Source: an uncultured candidate division Zixibacteria bacterium
GTDB taxonomy: Bacteria; Zixibacteria; MSB-5A5; UBA10806
Assembly: GCA_963817915.1 (NCBI GenBank)
Contig: CAWFQL010000012.1
Span: 448,001-512,000 of the forward strand
Length of the DNA stretch: 64,000 nucleotides
Direction: 5' to 3'
Within the stretch, counting starts at the first letter, position 1. Each line of letters begins with the position of its first letter. The notes beneath the pieces were generated by a model. It was not told the DNA's origin, ran no database searches, and was given only the letters and a program-made list of their open reading frames with translations. Positions 53,873-64,000 of the stretch are shown piece after piece. Position numbers and translations under genes: made by a program.

Positions 53873-54723
53873 CCGAATCAATTCCCATCATTTGTCGCAG
53901 GCCTCGTTTCAATAAAACCGCTACCATCTCTTTTCTGTATATTGCGTCCGAACGAATATCATCGATCGGCCTGGCCTCACTTTTCGCCATTTCGCCGGCC
54001 TTTTCGATTATATCGCTATCGAGCGTTTTATCTTTCAGGAATTCTTCAGTCGCACTTGCCCTGATAACAGTCGGCGCAACAGCACCCAGCGCGATTTTTA
54101 TTTCGACGACCTTCCCCTTTTTTAATCGTTGCGCTCGAGGCTACGGAAACTTTGCTTATCGCCAGTGCTTTTCTTGTGGCCAGCCGAAGGAAGAAGCCGT
54201 GATTGATTATTTTTGTTAATTTTATGGATGTAATCAGTTCGTTTGGTTTCAATACGGTCATTCCGGGACCTTTGTAAAATTTCTCAATTGGAATCAATCG
54301 CTTACTTTTTATAGATGACAATTCCAGTATCGCACCTAAAACGTATAATGGAGGAATCAAGTCCCCCGCCGGGGAGCCGTTGGCGATATTTCCGCCTATT
54401 GTCGCGCGATTTCTAATTTGAACCGATCCGGCCAGAGAAGCCGCTTCCACTAATTGCGGCGCATGTTTCCTCAACAGCGCCGATTTTTCTATCTCCGCGA
54501 ATGTTACCAGCGGCCCGATGGAAACTGTATTCTTAACAAACGATATTTTATGAAGTGACGACACTTTCTCCAATACCAGCAATTTCGGCCAGGGCTTCGA
54601 TAACTGATCATGGAGCCTGACCAGTATATCAGTACCGCCGGCGACAGCGACCGTGTTTTTGCCGTTCTTAGCTTGTAATGCCGCCTTCAGATTGGCAGGA
54701 TTTATCGTCTCTATAACTTTCAT
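53865..54723 (-). CDS. Xanthine dehydrogenase-family FAD subunit (trimer 1; apparent frameshift near 54115)
   Basis: VAGGTD, QIRNRATIGGN; shifted frame continues IALGAVAPT...PIDDIRSDA.YR to a stop at 53865. Confidence 0.88.
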
Positions 54724-55199
54724 TTTTTCACTGCTGATGTCGTAATATTCTCAGCCGCCATCTCCACCGCCTCGATTATTTTACTATATCCGGTGCAGCG
54801 GCACAAATTGCCAGATAACGATCTTTTTATTTCCAAACGTGTCGGATTCGGATTTTTCTTCAATAGGGAAGAGGCCGATAGAATCATACCCGGTGAACAA
54901 AATCCGCATTGAACAGCACCGGTCTTTTTGAATGCTTCCTGTATTGGTCTGAAATGATCGTTATTCTCGATTCCTTCGATCGTGGTAATTTCCCTGCCGT
55001 CAATTTGGGATGATAAAATCAGACATGAACAGACCGGGTCGCCATCTAAAAGAACCGTGCAGGCTCCGCATTCGCCTTTGCCGCATCCTTCTTTTGTCCC
55101 GACAAGCTCAAATCTTTCGCGCAACAGATCGATTAATCGTTCTCCACCCGACGCTTCAATCGCAACCTGTTTTCCATTCAATTTAAATTTGAGCTTCAT
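54720..55199 (-). CDS. Xanthine dehydrogenase-family [2Fe-2S] subunit (trimer 1)
   Basis: GTKEGCGKGECGACTV, QCGFCSPG, GNLCRCTGY. Confidence 0.93.
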   Translation of the reverse strand: MKLKFKLNGKQVAIEASGGERLIDLLRERFELVGTKEGCGKGECGACTVLLDGDPVCSCLILSSQIDGREITTIEGIENNDHFRPIQEAFKKTGAVQCGFCSPGMILSASSLLKKNPNPTRLEIKRSLSGNLCRCTGYSKIIEAVEMAAENITTSAVKK

Positions 55200-57442
55200 T
55201 TATTGTGCATTCCCAGCCATATTTTTTCGGGGCTTATCGGCAATTCCTTTATTCGCACTCCAACCGCGTCATAAACAGCATTGGCAATCGCAGGGGCAAT
55301 CCCCATCAACGGCTGCTCGCCAAATCCCTTGGCGCCGAATGGTCCTTCCGGAAAGGGATGCTCGACAATTATTGGAATTATCTCAGGCTGATCTTCAGCG
55401 GTGGGAATTATATAAGTCGAAAATTCGGAATTCCTTATAGAACCCTTGGAGTCGGCAGTCATGTTTTCCGAAAGTGCGTAACCGATTCCCTGCAATGTAC
55501 CGCCTTCAATCTGCCCTTCCACTAATGCCGGATTAATTGCTTTGCCGACATCATGCGCGGCCCAGATTTTCAAAACAGTAACTTCGCCTGTTTCTTTGTC
55601 TACTTTGACTTTGGCCAAATTAGTAGCCCAGGCATAAACAACATAGGCATCGCCCTGGCCTGTCTCGTCATCGAAGCTGGTCGAATGAGTCACATACCAG
55701 CCTTCAGCCGCTAGACGTTTCTTTTTCATTACGCACGATTTAATGACATCAATTAGCGGGTGAGTATCATTGTTGATTATTACCCTACCATCATCGATTT
55801 TTATATTCGAGATTGGTTGATTATACTTAAGGCTCGCCTCTTCCAATAGAATGCTTTTTATTTTCAGACAGGCATCGATTAGCGCATTGCCTGACATTGT
55901 CGTCGATCTCGATGCCACGGTCGGCCCTGAATCTGGAACACGGCTGGTATCCGCGGGATTCATTATCACCCATTCTAATGGCGTTCCCAATTCTTCCGCC
56001 ACGATTTGCGAAAGCACGGTTCTCATTCCCTGGCCGATTTCAGTCGTTCCTACGGAAAACAGAACTGACCCATCGGCATGCAAGATGATATGCGCTCCTG
56101 TACGAGCCAGATATTTACCCCCGGCGCCGAGACCGACTCCATAATAGATCGTCGAAAGACCGTAGCCTATGCCATCGTCCTTTTTCGATTTTGGAGACCA
56201 CCCCGAAACCTGAAGAACCTTGTCGAGCGTCTCTTCCAGTCCGATGCTGTTATTCAGTTTTTGTCCGGTGACTGTCGTATCTCCGACTCTCAGCAAATTT
56301 CTTCTTCGAAATTCTACCGGATCCATGCCTATCTTTTCCGCTAATTGATCCATCTGCGATTCAACCGCGAATATAATTTGCGGCGAGCCAAAACCCCTGA
56401 ACGCGCCCGTCGGTACTTTATTGGTAGCGACCGCATAACTATCAATTTTGGCGTTTTCGCATCGATATGGGCCGACCGAATGAGCTGTCCCTCGAAATAA
56501 TACTACACCCGATAAAGTAGCATAGGCGCCGCCATCTATCACATATTCGGCTTCGACCGCTTTTAATGTCCCATTTTTATCAACGCCGGATTTATATCGT
56601 ACCCAGGCCGGATGACGTTTGGAGGTGCAGATCATGTCTTCTTTGCGATCATAAACCAATTTGACGGGACGTTTTAATTTCCATGCCGGCAATGCTACCT
56701 GACAAGCCAATAACGATGGCACATCTTCTTTTCCGCCAAATCCCCCGCCGGTCGCGCATTGAATGACCCTGACCTTATTCTCTGGCAGACCCAAAATTGT
56801 GGTAATGGCTTTTCTAATATAGAATGGGCATTGCATTGAGCCCCGGATTTCAATGCTGCCATCCGGATAGGGAATCGCTATCATCGCCTGTGGTTCTATA
56901 TATGCATGTTCCTGATACGGAGTTCGATATTCATTCTCGATTATAACTTCGCATTCTTTGAATGCCTGCTCCGGGTTGCCCCGTCTGATCTTTAGATGGC
57001 GGTATATATTATCATTTCCAAAAAGATGGATATCCTTGTGATTACGCGCCTCCAATGGATCAAGTAATGGCGCTAAATTTTTTATTTTCACTTCGATATT
57101 CTGAACAGCTGCCCGTGCGCTCTGACGGTCATCGGCAACCATAATCGCGATCGGTTCACCGATATAATTGACTGCGTTTTCCGCCAGAAATGGCTGATCG
57201 TCAATTACTATCGGTATGCAATTTTTTCCCGGAATATCTTTGAATGTGAAAATGCCCTTAACGCCATTATTTCCTATAATTTTGCCTGTATCCAATTTTT
57301 GAATGACGCCGCGGGCGATCGGGGAACGGACTATTGCAGCATGAAGCATTCCATGAATCTTGTAGTCATCGGTGAAAAGCCCGGCTCCGGTTACTCGTTC
57401 TGCGCTGTCTGAACGAATTACTCTTTTCCCTACAACACTCAC
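55196..57442 (-). CDS. Xanthine dehydrogenase-family molybdopterin subunit (trimer 1)
   Basis: QEHAYIEP, GGGFGGK, AFRGFG, EIGQG, TVASR, GQIEGG, GAKGFGE. Confidence 0.93.
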   Translation of the reverse strand: MSVVGKRVIRSDSAERVTGAGLFTDDYKIHGMLHAAIVRSPIARGVIQKLDTGKIIGNNGVKGIFTFKDIPGKNCIPIVIDDQPFLAENAVNYIGEPIAIMVADDRQSARAAVQNIEVKIKNLAPLLDPLEARNHKDIHLFGNDNIYRHLKIRRGNPEQAFKECEVIIENEYRTPYQEHAYIEPQAMIAIPYPDGSIEIRGSMQCPFYIRKAITTILGLPENKVRVIQCATGGGFGGKEDVPSLLACQVALPAWKLKRPVKLVYDRKEDMICTSKRHPAWVRYKSGVDKNGTLKAVEAEYVIDGGAYATLSGVVLFRGTAHSVGPYRCENAKIDSYAVATNKVPTGAFRGFGSPQIIFAVESQMDQLAEKIGMDPVEFRRRNLLRVGDTTVTGQKLNNSIGLEETLDKVLQVSGWSPKSKKDDGIGYGLSTIYYGVGLGAGGKYLARTGAHIILHADGSVLFSVGTTEIGQGMRTVLSQIVAEELGTPLEWVIMNPADTSRVPDSGPTVASRSTTMSGNALIDACLKIKSILLEEASLKYNQPISNIKIDDGRVIINNDTHPLIDVIKSCVMKKKRLAAEGWYVTHSTSFDDETGQGDAYVVYAWATNLAKVKVDKETGEVTVLKIWAAHDVGKAINPALVEGQIEGGTLQGIGYALSENMTADSKGSIRNSEFSTYIIPTAEDQPEIIPIIVEHPFPEGPFGAKGFGEQPLMGIAPAIANAVYDAVGVRIKELPISPEKIWLGMHNK

Positions 57443-58038
57443 AATTTCCTGGCCTTATCGAAATCATCCTGCGTATCAATATCCTGCAATATGCCGGGAT
57501 CGTTGACCTTTAATCGGATAACCATTCGCTCGTGATTTTTTATAAGCTCCTTAAGATTGGCCTCTTCCGATGATTCCAATGATTCCCTGATGATATGCTG
57601 CGTAATAATAATGGGATGACCCCGACGATTATCGTAAACCGGAATTACTATCCTATTCGTAAATTTCTGCCAGGTATCGAGAAGGTGTTTATATGTTCCG
57701 GCCGCTACGAACGGATGATCGACCAGCGTTACTAGAGCTCCCCCAATTTCCGAATGCAAAACCGAAAGAGCGCTTTTCAGGCTGGAAAATTGTCCTTGTT
57801 CCCAATTTTTATTCAGTACAAATTTAATGCCCAGCCTGTTGGCTTCTAATCTGACTTCGCTCCATTCAGAACCGCCAACAACATATACATCAGAAAAATC
57901 AAGTTTCTTTAAATTTCCTGCAATTACTTCAAGGAAGCTCATGCCTTTTAATTTCAGAAGCGCTTTATTCTTGCCGATTCGCTGTCCTTCACCGGCAGCG
58001 AGGATAATGGCCGCTATTTCCTTTTTTTCTGAATTCAT
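57439..58038 (-). CDS. mocA: MocA-like molybdenum cofactor cytidylyltransferase
   Basis: IILAAG.G.R.G..KALL, LVDHP, RRGHP, DIDT; adjacent to Xdh genes. Confidence 0.8.
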   Translation of the reverse strand: MNSEKKEIAAIILAAGEGQRIGKNKALLKLKGMSFLEVIAGNLKKLDFSDVYVVGGSEWSEVRLEANRLGIKFVLNKNWEQGQFSSLKSALSVLHSEIGGALVTLVDHPFVAAGTYKHLLDTWQKFTNRIVIPVYDNRRGHPIIITQHIIRESLESSEEANLKELIKNHERMVIRLKVNDPGILQDIDTQDDFDKARKL

Positions 58039-58050
58039 ATTATTCAAAAA

Positions 58051-59052
58051 TTATACTTCGATCTTTCCACCCATTGTCATCGCCATAACAGCCTTGCAGG
58101 TGTGTAAACGATTTTCCGCTTCGGGATATACCCATGATTGCTTGCCATCGATTACCGAATCCGTCACTTCATTGCCCCTGTCCGCGGGCAGGCAATGCAT
58201 ATAGATAGCGTCCTTTTTCGCTAATGACATCATATGATCGTCGCAAATCCAGTTTTTGTAATTCGCCGCCAATTTCAATGCCTCTTGCGGCTTTCCAAAA
58301 AGCTCCAATATCCCCCAGCTTTTGGGATACACTATGTCGGCATTTTCAAATGCCTCTTCCATTGAATCCGCTATCTCAAATTTCGCCCCATTTTGCGAGG
58401 CATTCTTTCCGGCTAAATCTATTTGGTCCGCCATCAATTTAAATTCCGGCGGATGTGCCAGAACAACATTCATTCCGTATCGTGTCATCAAAGTTATCAG
58501 ACCCTGGGGAACCGATAACGGCTTGGCATAGCTTGGAGCATACGCCCAACTTACAGCGATCTTTTTCCCCTTAAGATTATCGCCGAATTTCTCCTTTATT
58601 GTCATTAAATCCGCTAATGTCTGAAATGGATGATCTATATCGCACTGCATATTGAAAACCGGTACTGTAGCGTGTTTCGCTACTTCGCGCATGTAGCTAT
58701 TTCCTTCGCCAGGTACAAGGTCGTGCCTGATCGCGATGGCGTCCCCATACGATGAAAGGATTATTCCCATATCTTTGGGACTTTCTCCATGGGCCACTTG
58801 TGAAGTCGATGCCTCAATAAAATGAGCGTGCCCGCCTAACTGGGTTATCCCGGCTTCGAACGAATTTCGAGTCCTTGTGGATTTATCAAAAAAGAATAGA
58901 AAAACCGTTTTATCTTCTAAGAGCCTGTGGGGAATTCCATTATGCTTCTTGTTCTTTAAATCTTTTGCCACCTTCAACGCCAATTCTATTTCATCATTAG
59001 ACCATTCCTGCGTTGTGATATAATCTCGACCTGTCAGTTTTTTCGCGTTCAT
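58051..59052 (-). CDS. ygeW: YgeW-like (OTCase-family) carbamoyltransferase
   Basis: KSTRTR, HPFQ, WAYAPSYAKPLSVPQG, YPKSW, HCLPAD. Confidence 0.78.
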   Translation of the reverse strand: MNAKKLTGRDYITTQEWSNDEIELALKVAKDLKNKKHNGIPHRLLEDKTVFLFFFDKSTRTRNSFEAGITQLGGHAHFIEASTSQVAHGESPKDMGIILSSYGDAIAIRHDLVPGEGNSYMREVAKHATVPVFNMQCDIDHPFQTLADLMTIKEKFGDNLKGKKIAVSWAYAPSYAKPLSVPQGLITLMTRYGMNVVLAHPPEFKLMADQIDLAGKNASQNGAKFEIADSMEEAFENADIVYPKSWGILELFGKPQEALKLAANYKNWICDDHMMSLAKKDAIYMHCLPADRGNEVTDSVIDGKQSWVYPEAENRLHTCKAVMAMTMGGKIEV

Positions 59053-59386
59053 TCTCTCGTTTTGCCTTTCACAAAATTAACCATTTCGACGCATTCAATA
59101 TGCGGCAAACAGACTATAAAAATGTTTTGCATTTGATAAGATACACTAAATCATTATGCGGTTGCAAGTTATTTCAATAGTTTAAGATGAGCTTTTATCC
59201 CCGCTGCTAAAACGCCGATAAATGTTCTTGACGAAAATATCTTATTAATTAGATTAAGTATAGACAGTAACTGGTTTTGATTTTTCGATAAATTCAATGG
59301 CTTGGAGTTTTTGCGCCTTCTGCGATAATTAGATGCTGTCGATTTTTCGGGAATTGATGTCCAAGTAAAATTTTGTCAGGAATTAG

Positions 59387-61696
59387 TTGATGATGCCGCA
59401 GGAATTTGACAATTTATCAGCTGAATTAGATTCTCTACGCGAACAAATTACCAATCTTAATAATCACATAGAAAAGATTCAAAGAGAAAATGAATCGCTA
59501 ATTTCAACCGAACGCAAATTCCGGGATCTGATCGAATTGTTGCCCGAGACAGCATTCCAAATGAATACTGATCTTATTCTGACTTATGTAAACAAAGCGG
59601 GCCTGGAATTAATGGGATACACTCAAAACGATATAAACAACGGTTTAAATGCCCTTGAAACGATTATTCCTGAAGACCGCGAAAAAGCTATAGAAAATAC
59701 CGCCAGAGTTTTAAACGGCGGGAAAGCTGAACTTAAAAAATATACGGCATTAAGAAAGGACGGGACCACTTTTCCCGCAATCATCAAGGCTATCCCCATT
59801 ATTGAGAATAATATAATTACCGGGATGCGAGGGATTTTGGTTGATATATCAAGCCGGGAGGATTTTGACAGAATCCAGGCAGCTCTGGTTAAAATTTCCG
59901 AATCGCGAAATCTCCATGGTAAATTTGATGAAATGCTTGCCGAAATTCATAAAATTCTTGGCTCATTAATTGATACCACCGATTTTTATATAGCCCTTTA
60001 TAATAAAGCCGATGACACCTATGATTTTCCTTATTATGTAAGTACAAAATATAAATCAGCCTGGACATCAAGAAGTATCAAGAAGCATTTGACCGATTAT
60101 GTCCGAAAGACAGGCAAGCCTTTGCTTGCCAATCATGCCGTTTATGAAGAGCTCAGTGCTAAGGGGGAATTTGACATTGATAAAGATCTTCCATCAAGCT
60201 GGCTTGGCGTCCCGTTAAAAATTGCCGGGATTACCATAGGTGTGGTGGCCGTTAGAAGCTATGAGCCATCTCTCCAATATAATGAAAATGATCTTAAGAT
60301 TCTCGATATGGTTTCCGGAAATATTGCCATGTCTATAAAGCAAAAACGCGCCGAAGACGCCCTTCGGGAAAGCGAAGAAAAATATCGATCCTTCATAGAA
60401 AAGGCATCGGAACCGATCTTTTCTATTACCGAAACCGGCGAATTTCTCGTAGTCAATGTCGCCGCGGCAAAATATCTTGGAGGCATCCCGAAAGATTTTA
60501 TAAATAGGTCGATGTGGGACCTTTTCCCCAAGAAGATTGCCGATAAACAAATGAAATCGGTGCTAAAATCTATAAATACTCAAAAAGCTCTTACCATTGA
60601 AGCCCGAACAATATTAAACGGACAGGAGAGGTGGTTTAGTAATAAAATCGACCCTGTTCAGGACAGCAAGGGTTCCGTCAGAAGTGTCCAGATTATCGCG
60701 TCCGATATTACAGATAGAAAACGAAATGAGATAAGGGAAAAGGCCCGGCTTAAGCTTCTTAATCTTCTCAGAGACGCCAAGAATGTCGATGAGTGCCTTG
60801 AATATGGCTGCAATGCGATTTATGAATCGGAACTGTTCAAAAGAGCTGTTTTAACTCTTCATAGTGACAAGAGAGAAATAACCAATATTGGGTACATTGG
60901 ACTGGAAAAATCAGTCATCGCCGCCGCGTTGAAAGCGCCCGCTCCCGATCCGCGCATGTCGGCGCAGATTACACAGGAAAAATTCCGAATCAGCCATTCA
61001 TACTTTATCCCTAAAGAGGCGTATACGGGAATTCAGAATCTATCGCAATACATCAGCCAGCGAAAAGAAAAAGATGAAGAGAAAACATCGTGGAAGGCCG
61101 GCGATGATTTGTTCGTGCCTGTTTTCGGAGATAACTCCAAACACTGCGGCTGGCTTTCCGTGGATACCCCATTCAACAAATGCAGACCAACTACTGATGA
61201 AGTGATAATTCTCGAAGAAATCGTGGATATCGTCACCAAAAAAGTACGAGAAATCCAAAGCCTCGATGAGCTATCAAAGGAACGTAAAACGCTGCACGAA
61301 AAAAATATCGCTCTCAAGGAAATTCTTGATTCCATAGAAAACGAGAAAGATGAAATTAGAAGGCAGATATCATCTACAATCGACCAAACCATCCTGCCCG
61401 CCCTAAGCAAACTCATCAAGAGAGATGGAACAGTAAATAAAGCCTATTATAATGTTATAGCTCATGATTTGCAGCGGTTAGCGGCAATTACAGGCAAGGA
61501 TGATATCCTGGAGTCGTTATCTCCGAGGGAATTTGAAATCTGCACTCTGATAAAAAATGGAGCGTCCTCAAAAGACATAGCTGAGGCCCTTAACATCTCA
61601 GTCTCCACGGTGCAAAAGCACCGCGAAGTTATCAGAAAAAAACTTGGACTCATTAATCAAAATATCAACCTCACGACATACCTGCTTAAAAAATGA
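59387..61696 (+). CDS. PAS-GAF-PAS-GAF-like + LuxR HTH transcriptional regulator
   Basis: PAS (RKDGTTFP; ASDIT.RK), GAF (SWLGVPL), C-terminal LSPREFEI...IAEALNIS.STV..HR. Confidence 0.88.
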   Translation: MMMPQEFDNLSAELDSLREQITNLNNHIEKIQRENESLISTERKFRDLIELLPETAFQMNTDLILTYVNKAGLELMGYTQNDINNGLNALETIIPEDREKAIENTARVLNGGKAELKKYTALRKDGTTFPAIIKAIPIIENNIITGMRGILVDISSREDFDRIQAALVKISESRNLHGKFDEMLAEIHKILGSLIDTTDFYIALYNKADDTYDFPYYVSTKYKSAWTSRSIKKHLTDYVRKTGKPLLANHAVYEELSAKGEFDIDKDLPSSWLGVPLKIAGITIGVVAVRSYEPSLQYNENDLKILDMVSGNIAMSIKQKRAEDALRESEEKYRSFIEKASEPIFSITETGEFLVVNVAAAKYLGGIPKDFINRSMWDLFPKKIADKQMKSVLKSINTQKALTIEARTILNGQERWFSNKIDPVQDSKGSVRSVQIIASDITDRKRNEIREKARLKLLNLLRDAKNVDECLEYGCNAIYESELFKRAVLTLHSDKREITNIGYIGLEKSVIAAALKAPAPDPRMSAQITQEKFRISHSYFIPKEAYTGIQNLSQYISQRKEKDEEKTSWKAGDDLFVPVFGDNSKHCGWLSVDTPFNKCRPTTDEVIILEEIVDIVTKKVREIQSLDELSKERKTLHEKNIALKEILDSIENEKDEIRRQISSTIDQTILPALSKLIKRDGTVNKAYYNVIAHDLQRLAAITGKDDILESLSPREFEICTLIKNGASSKDIAEALNISVSTVQKHREVIRKKLGLINQNINLTTYLLKK

Positions 61697-62122
61697 CTTT
61701 CGATTATCCCACCCCGGGATCTGCTGCAAATCATTGCACTCGTAAAATTAGCAATTGGCGTCTGTCAACCCTTATATAAAGTCGACCTTACTTTATTGCG
61801 TATCTGTTAATACGCATTTAGTGGGTAATCTATCCGTATTGACTATCACATGGATAAAACATACTTTAATCCGGTAAATAGACAATATATTTAAGTTGAT
61901 GCAAACAATTTAAAATTGAATTAGTCCTAATTTCTAATGCTTCCTGACGCTTCCCAAAATATTTCGCGACGAAAAAATGCGAAAAAGGAGTGTATCCATT
62001 GCTAAATCGTCTTAGTAGTACTCAGGTTTTTGCGCATCATATAAATTTCGCGTGCCTGCATGATTCAAGAGAAAATAATTTAACCATAAAAATGATGTTT
62101 ATTGGTGGATTGAGGTGAAAAG

Positions 62123-64000
62123 ATGAAAAGATTGTTATCATTTCTGATTGCTGTAATCATGGTAGCGGTTTGTTCCGCAATTTCGATTGCCGCTACAAAT
62201 GTGAGCCAACCTGTCTATATTACCAATAATGATAGCGAATACGATAGGAGCCCTTCGATTGTCTTTGATGGCTCATACTATTGGCTTTTTTATGTGAAAG
62301 GCGATGACGTCAACGGAGTGCGGGGCTTTAACGGCTACAATCCCGAAAATGATACTTATGTCGTCTATTACAAAAGGGCGACTTCTATAGCTAATCTGCC
62401 TTTGGACGACGAAACCCAGCTCTATCGATCGTCTTCCCAAAGACCTACTAATTTTGACCAATCAATGGTGTCCGCGGCTTACCTTAATAATAAGATATAT
62501 GTTTTTGTCTCCAGCGGTCTTTCGAGCGCTGATAGGGGACTATACTATTATATGTATAGCGGATCTGACTTGGTCAGGCCCGTTCAACCTTATCTCCAAT
62601 TCAATATCTCAGGGTAGCCATGTCAATATCGCCCGCGACAATAGCCACATATATATAGTATGGAGCTCATCCGATGGTAGTACCGATTGCTACACCTGGG
62701 ATGGAATTACACTCAGCTCCAAAATTGATGTAACTGACGATGGCTCGCCTGCAGTTGCCTTGGCGGGAGGCTCGCTTTATGTTGCAGGAACTGATAATAT
62801 CACCGGCGATATCGAGGTTTTTTCTGCTGCGGCCTCAGCAAATCCCGTATTTTCCCATCATTCAACCGCAATGACAGGCTTAATCAATTCCAATGCTGAG
62901 CTATTTAACAATGGTACTTCTCTTTGCCTTATCGCAGTGCCTTATGATAATGCTATCGAAAAGAAAAATCTTATCTATTCCGGATATATCGGTTCATCCT
63001 GGTCTCCGGCCAGAAGGATTAGCAGCGGCGGATATTCGGGCGCGAATTGGTGGGAATTCTCGCCGATCGGCTATAATGATGGTTTCGATTCTTACGTTAT
63101 CTTTTCCATGGAATCAGAAGGGACTACTTATTCTGATGCCGAAATCGCGTTCATAAAACTGAATTGGGATCTGGCCAATGATCACGATTTCCATATCCAA
63201 AATGCCATTAATCTTGCCGCCGATAATGACCAAATCAATGTGTCGGCAGGTGAATACTATGAAAATCAAATCGTGATAGACAAACCGGTTAATATTACCG
63301 GTGCCGGATTGGCCGCCACCATTATTGACGGAAGCAGTGTTACCGGATTACCTGGCTCAGGTCTAATCCGTATTATCGCTCCCGGTAATGTCACATTCAG
63401 CGGCTTCACTCTTCGCAAAGCCGGTAGTGTGAATGGCAGCGATAGATTTGGGATATACGCCAATTCAAGTGTACCCGGTTTCGAGTATAATATCAATAAC
63501 AATAGAATTATCGGCACCAATGATCCCAATGACGCCGGCGACTATGGTGTCTATGCCAGCAGTGGACATGAAAGCTTCAAATTCATTCAAAATGAAATCT
63601 CCGGTACAGGAGCAAATCCGATGCTGGTAGAGCTTCATGAAGGGCCTATCGAAATAAGCGAAAATTCGCTCGATGTCGGTGTGTGGGGGTGTGACGCTAT
63701 TTTTATAATGACCTATGGCGGTTTGGATATTTCGACATTGCAGAAAATCAGCGGTAATAGCATTAATGCCGGCACTGGAGGGCCATTCGACTATGATCAC
63801 AGGGCCTCCGGCATCACATTCGCGAGTGCCTATACAGGAACCCAGGGCAGGTTCTTGAATATCCAGATTACCGACAACACGGTTTATAATCTCAATTCAA
63901 ACCGGAGGGGAATAGGGCTTTGGAATAACGCTCCGGCTGGAAGTGGCAGTATCGGCGATATTGTAAATCCAGTCATTGCTCGTAATACCATAACCGGAGT
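62123..64000 (+). CDS. Large secreted protein with N-terminal beta-rich domain and right-handed beta-helix repeats; partial, apparent frameshift near 62570
   Basis: Signal peptide; shifted frame reads WSGPFNL...HIQNAINLA.DND.I.VSAGEYYE..IDKPVNITGAG and runs off the window. Confidence 0.72.

Noticed and set aside
40920..59052. Selenocysteine read-through in the purine cluster
   Set aside because: The breaks in ssnA and the FAD subunit need a frame change, not TGA read-through; no TGA was seen at a conserved Cys position
58051..59052. Arginine-biosynthetic argF
   Set aside because: The WAYAPSYAKPLSVPQG segment and the ygeY/ssnA/xdh context favour a YgeW-like catabolic enzyme
59053..59386. Purine riboswitch or sigma-54 promoter upstream of the purine cluster
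   Set aside because: No recognisable aptamer core or GG-N10-GC consensus on the minus strand; only a weak CGCAT-N5-ATGCG palindrome at 59090-59104

Overview
Bacterial genomic window, probably from an FCB-superphylum anaerobe such as a Zixibacteria-like organism (weak inference from the 'GNYPNPFN' C-terminal sorting domain and gene content). It has six blocks. (1) 1-15.5 kb: exopolysaccharide cluster of the exosortase/PEP-CTERM-associated type, ending in a secreted protein with a sigma-54 promoter. (2) 15.7-20 kb: SPFH/membrane/TPR operon and a RibD-like gene. (3) 20.1-26.5 kb: tmRNA gene (ssrA, minus strand, tag ANDYSYALAA) followed by three copies of its 3' end. These delimit three integrase-free islets: a 336-bp GIY-YIG unit with three GCC-N3-GGC hairpins inserted in a duplicated T-arm, a Cas2/VapD-like + PIN pair, and a GT4-GH130-RRM block. 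(4) 26.8-39.9 kb: fabH, NlpC/P60, a sigma-54 two-component system divergent from a cusCBA-like efflux operon, and a transglutaminase-domain gene. (5) 40-59 kb: anaerobic purine-catabolism cluster (ygeW-like, mocA-like, two Xdh trimers, preT/preA-like, ade, ssnA, two fold-type II PLP enzymes, ygeY, xdhC). (6) 59.4-64 kb: PAS/GAF-LuxR regulator and the start of a large secreted beta-helix protein. About ten genes carry small frameshifts that look like sequencing indels rather than true pseudogenes. All calls are from motif recognition by eye; no searches were run.
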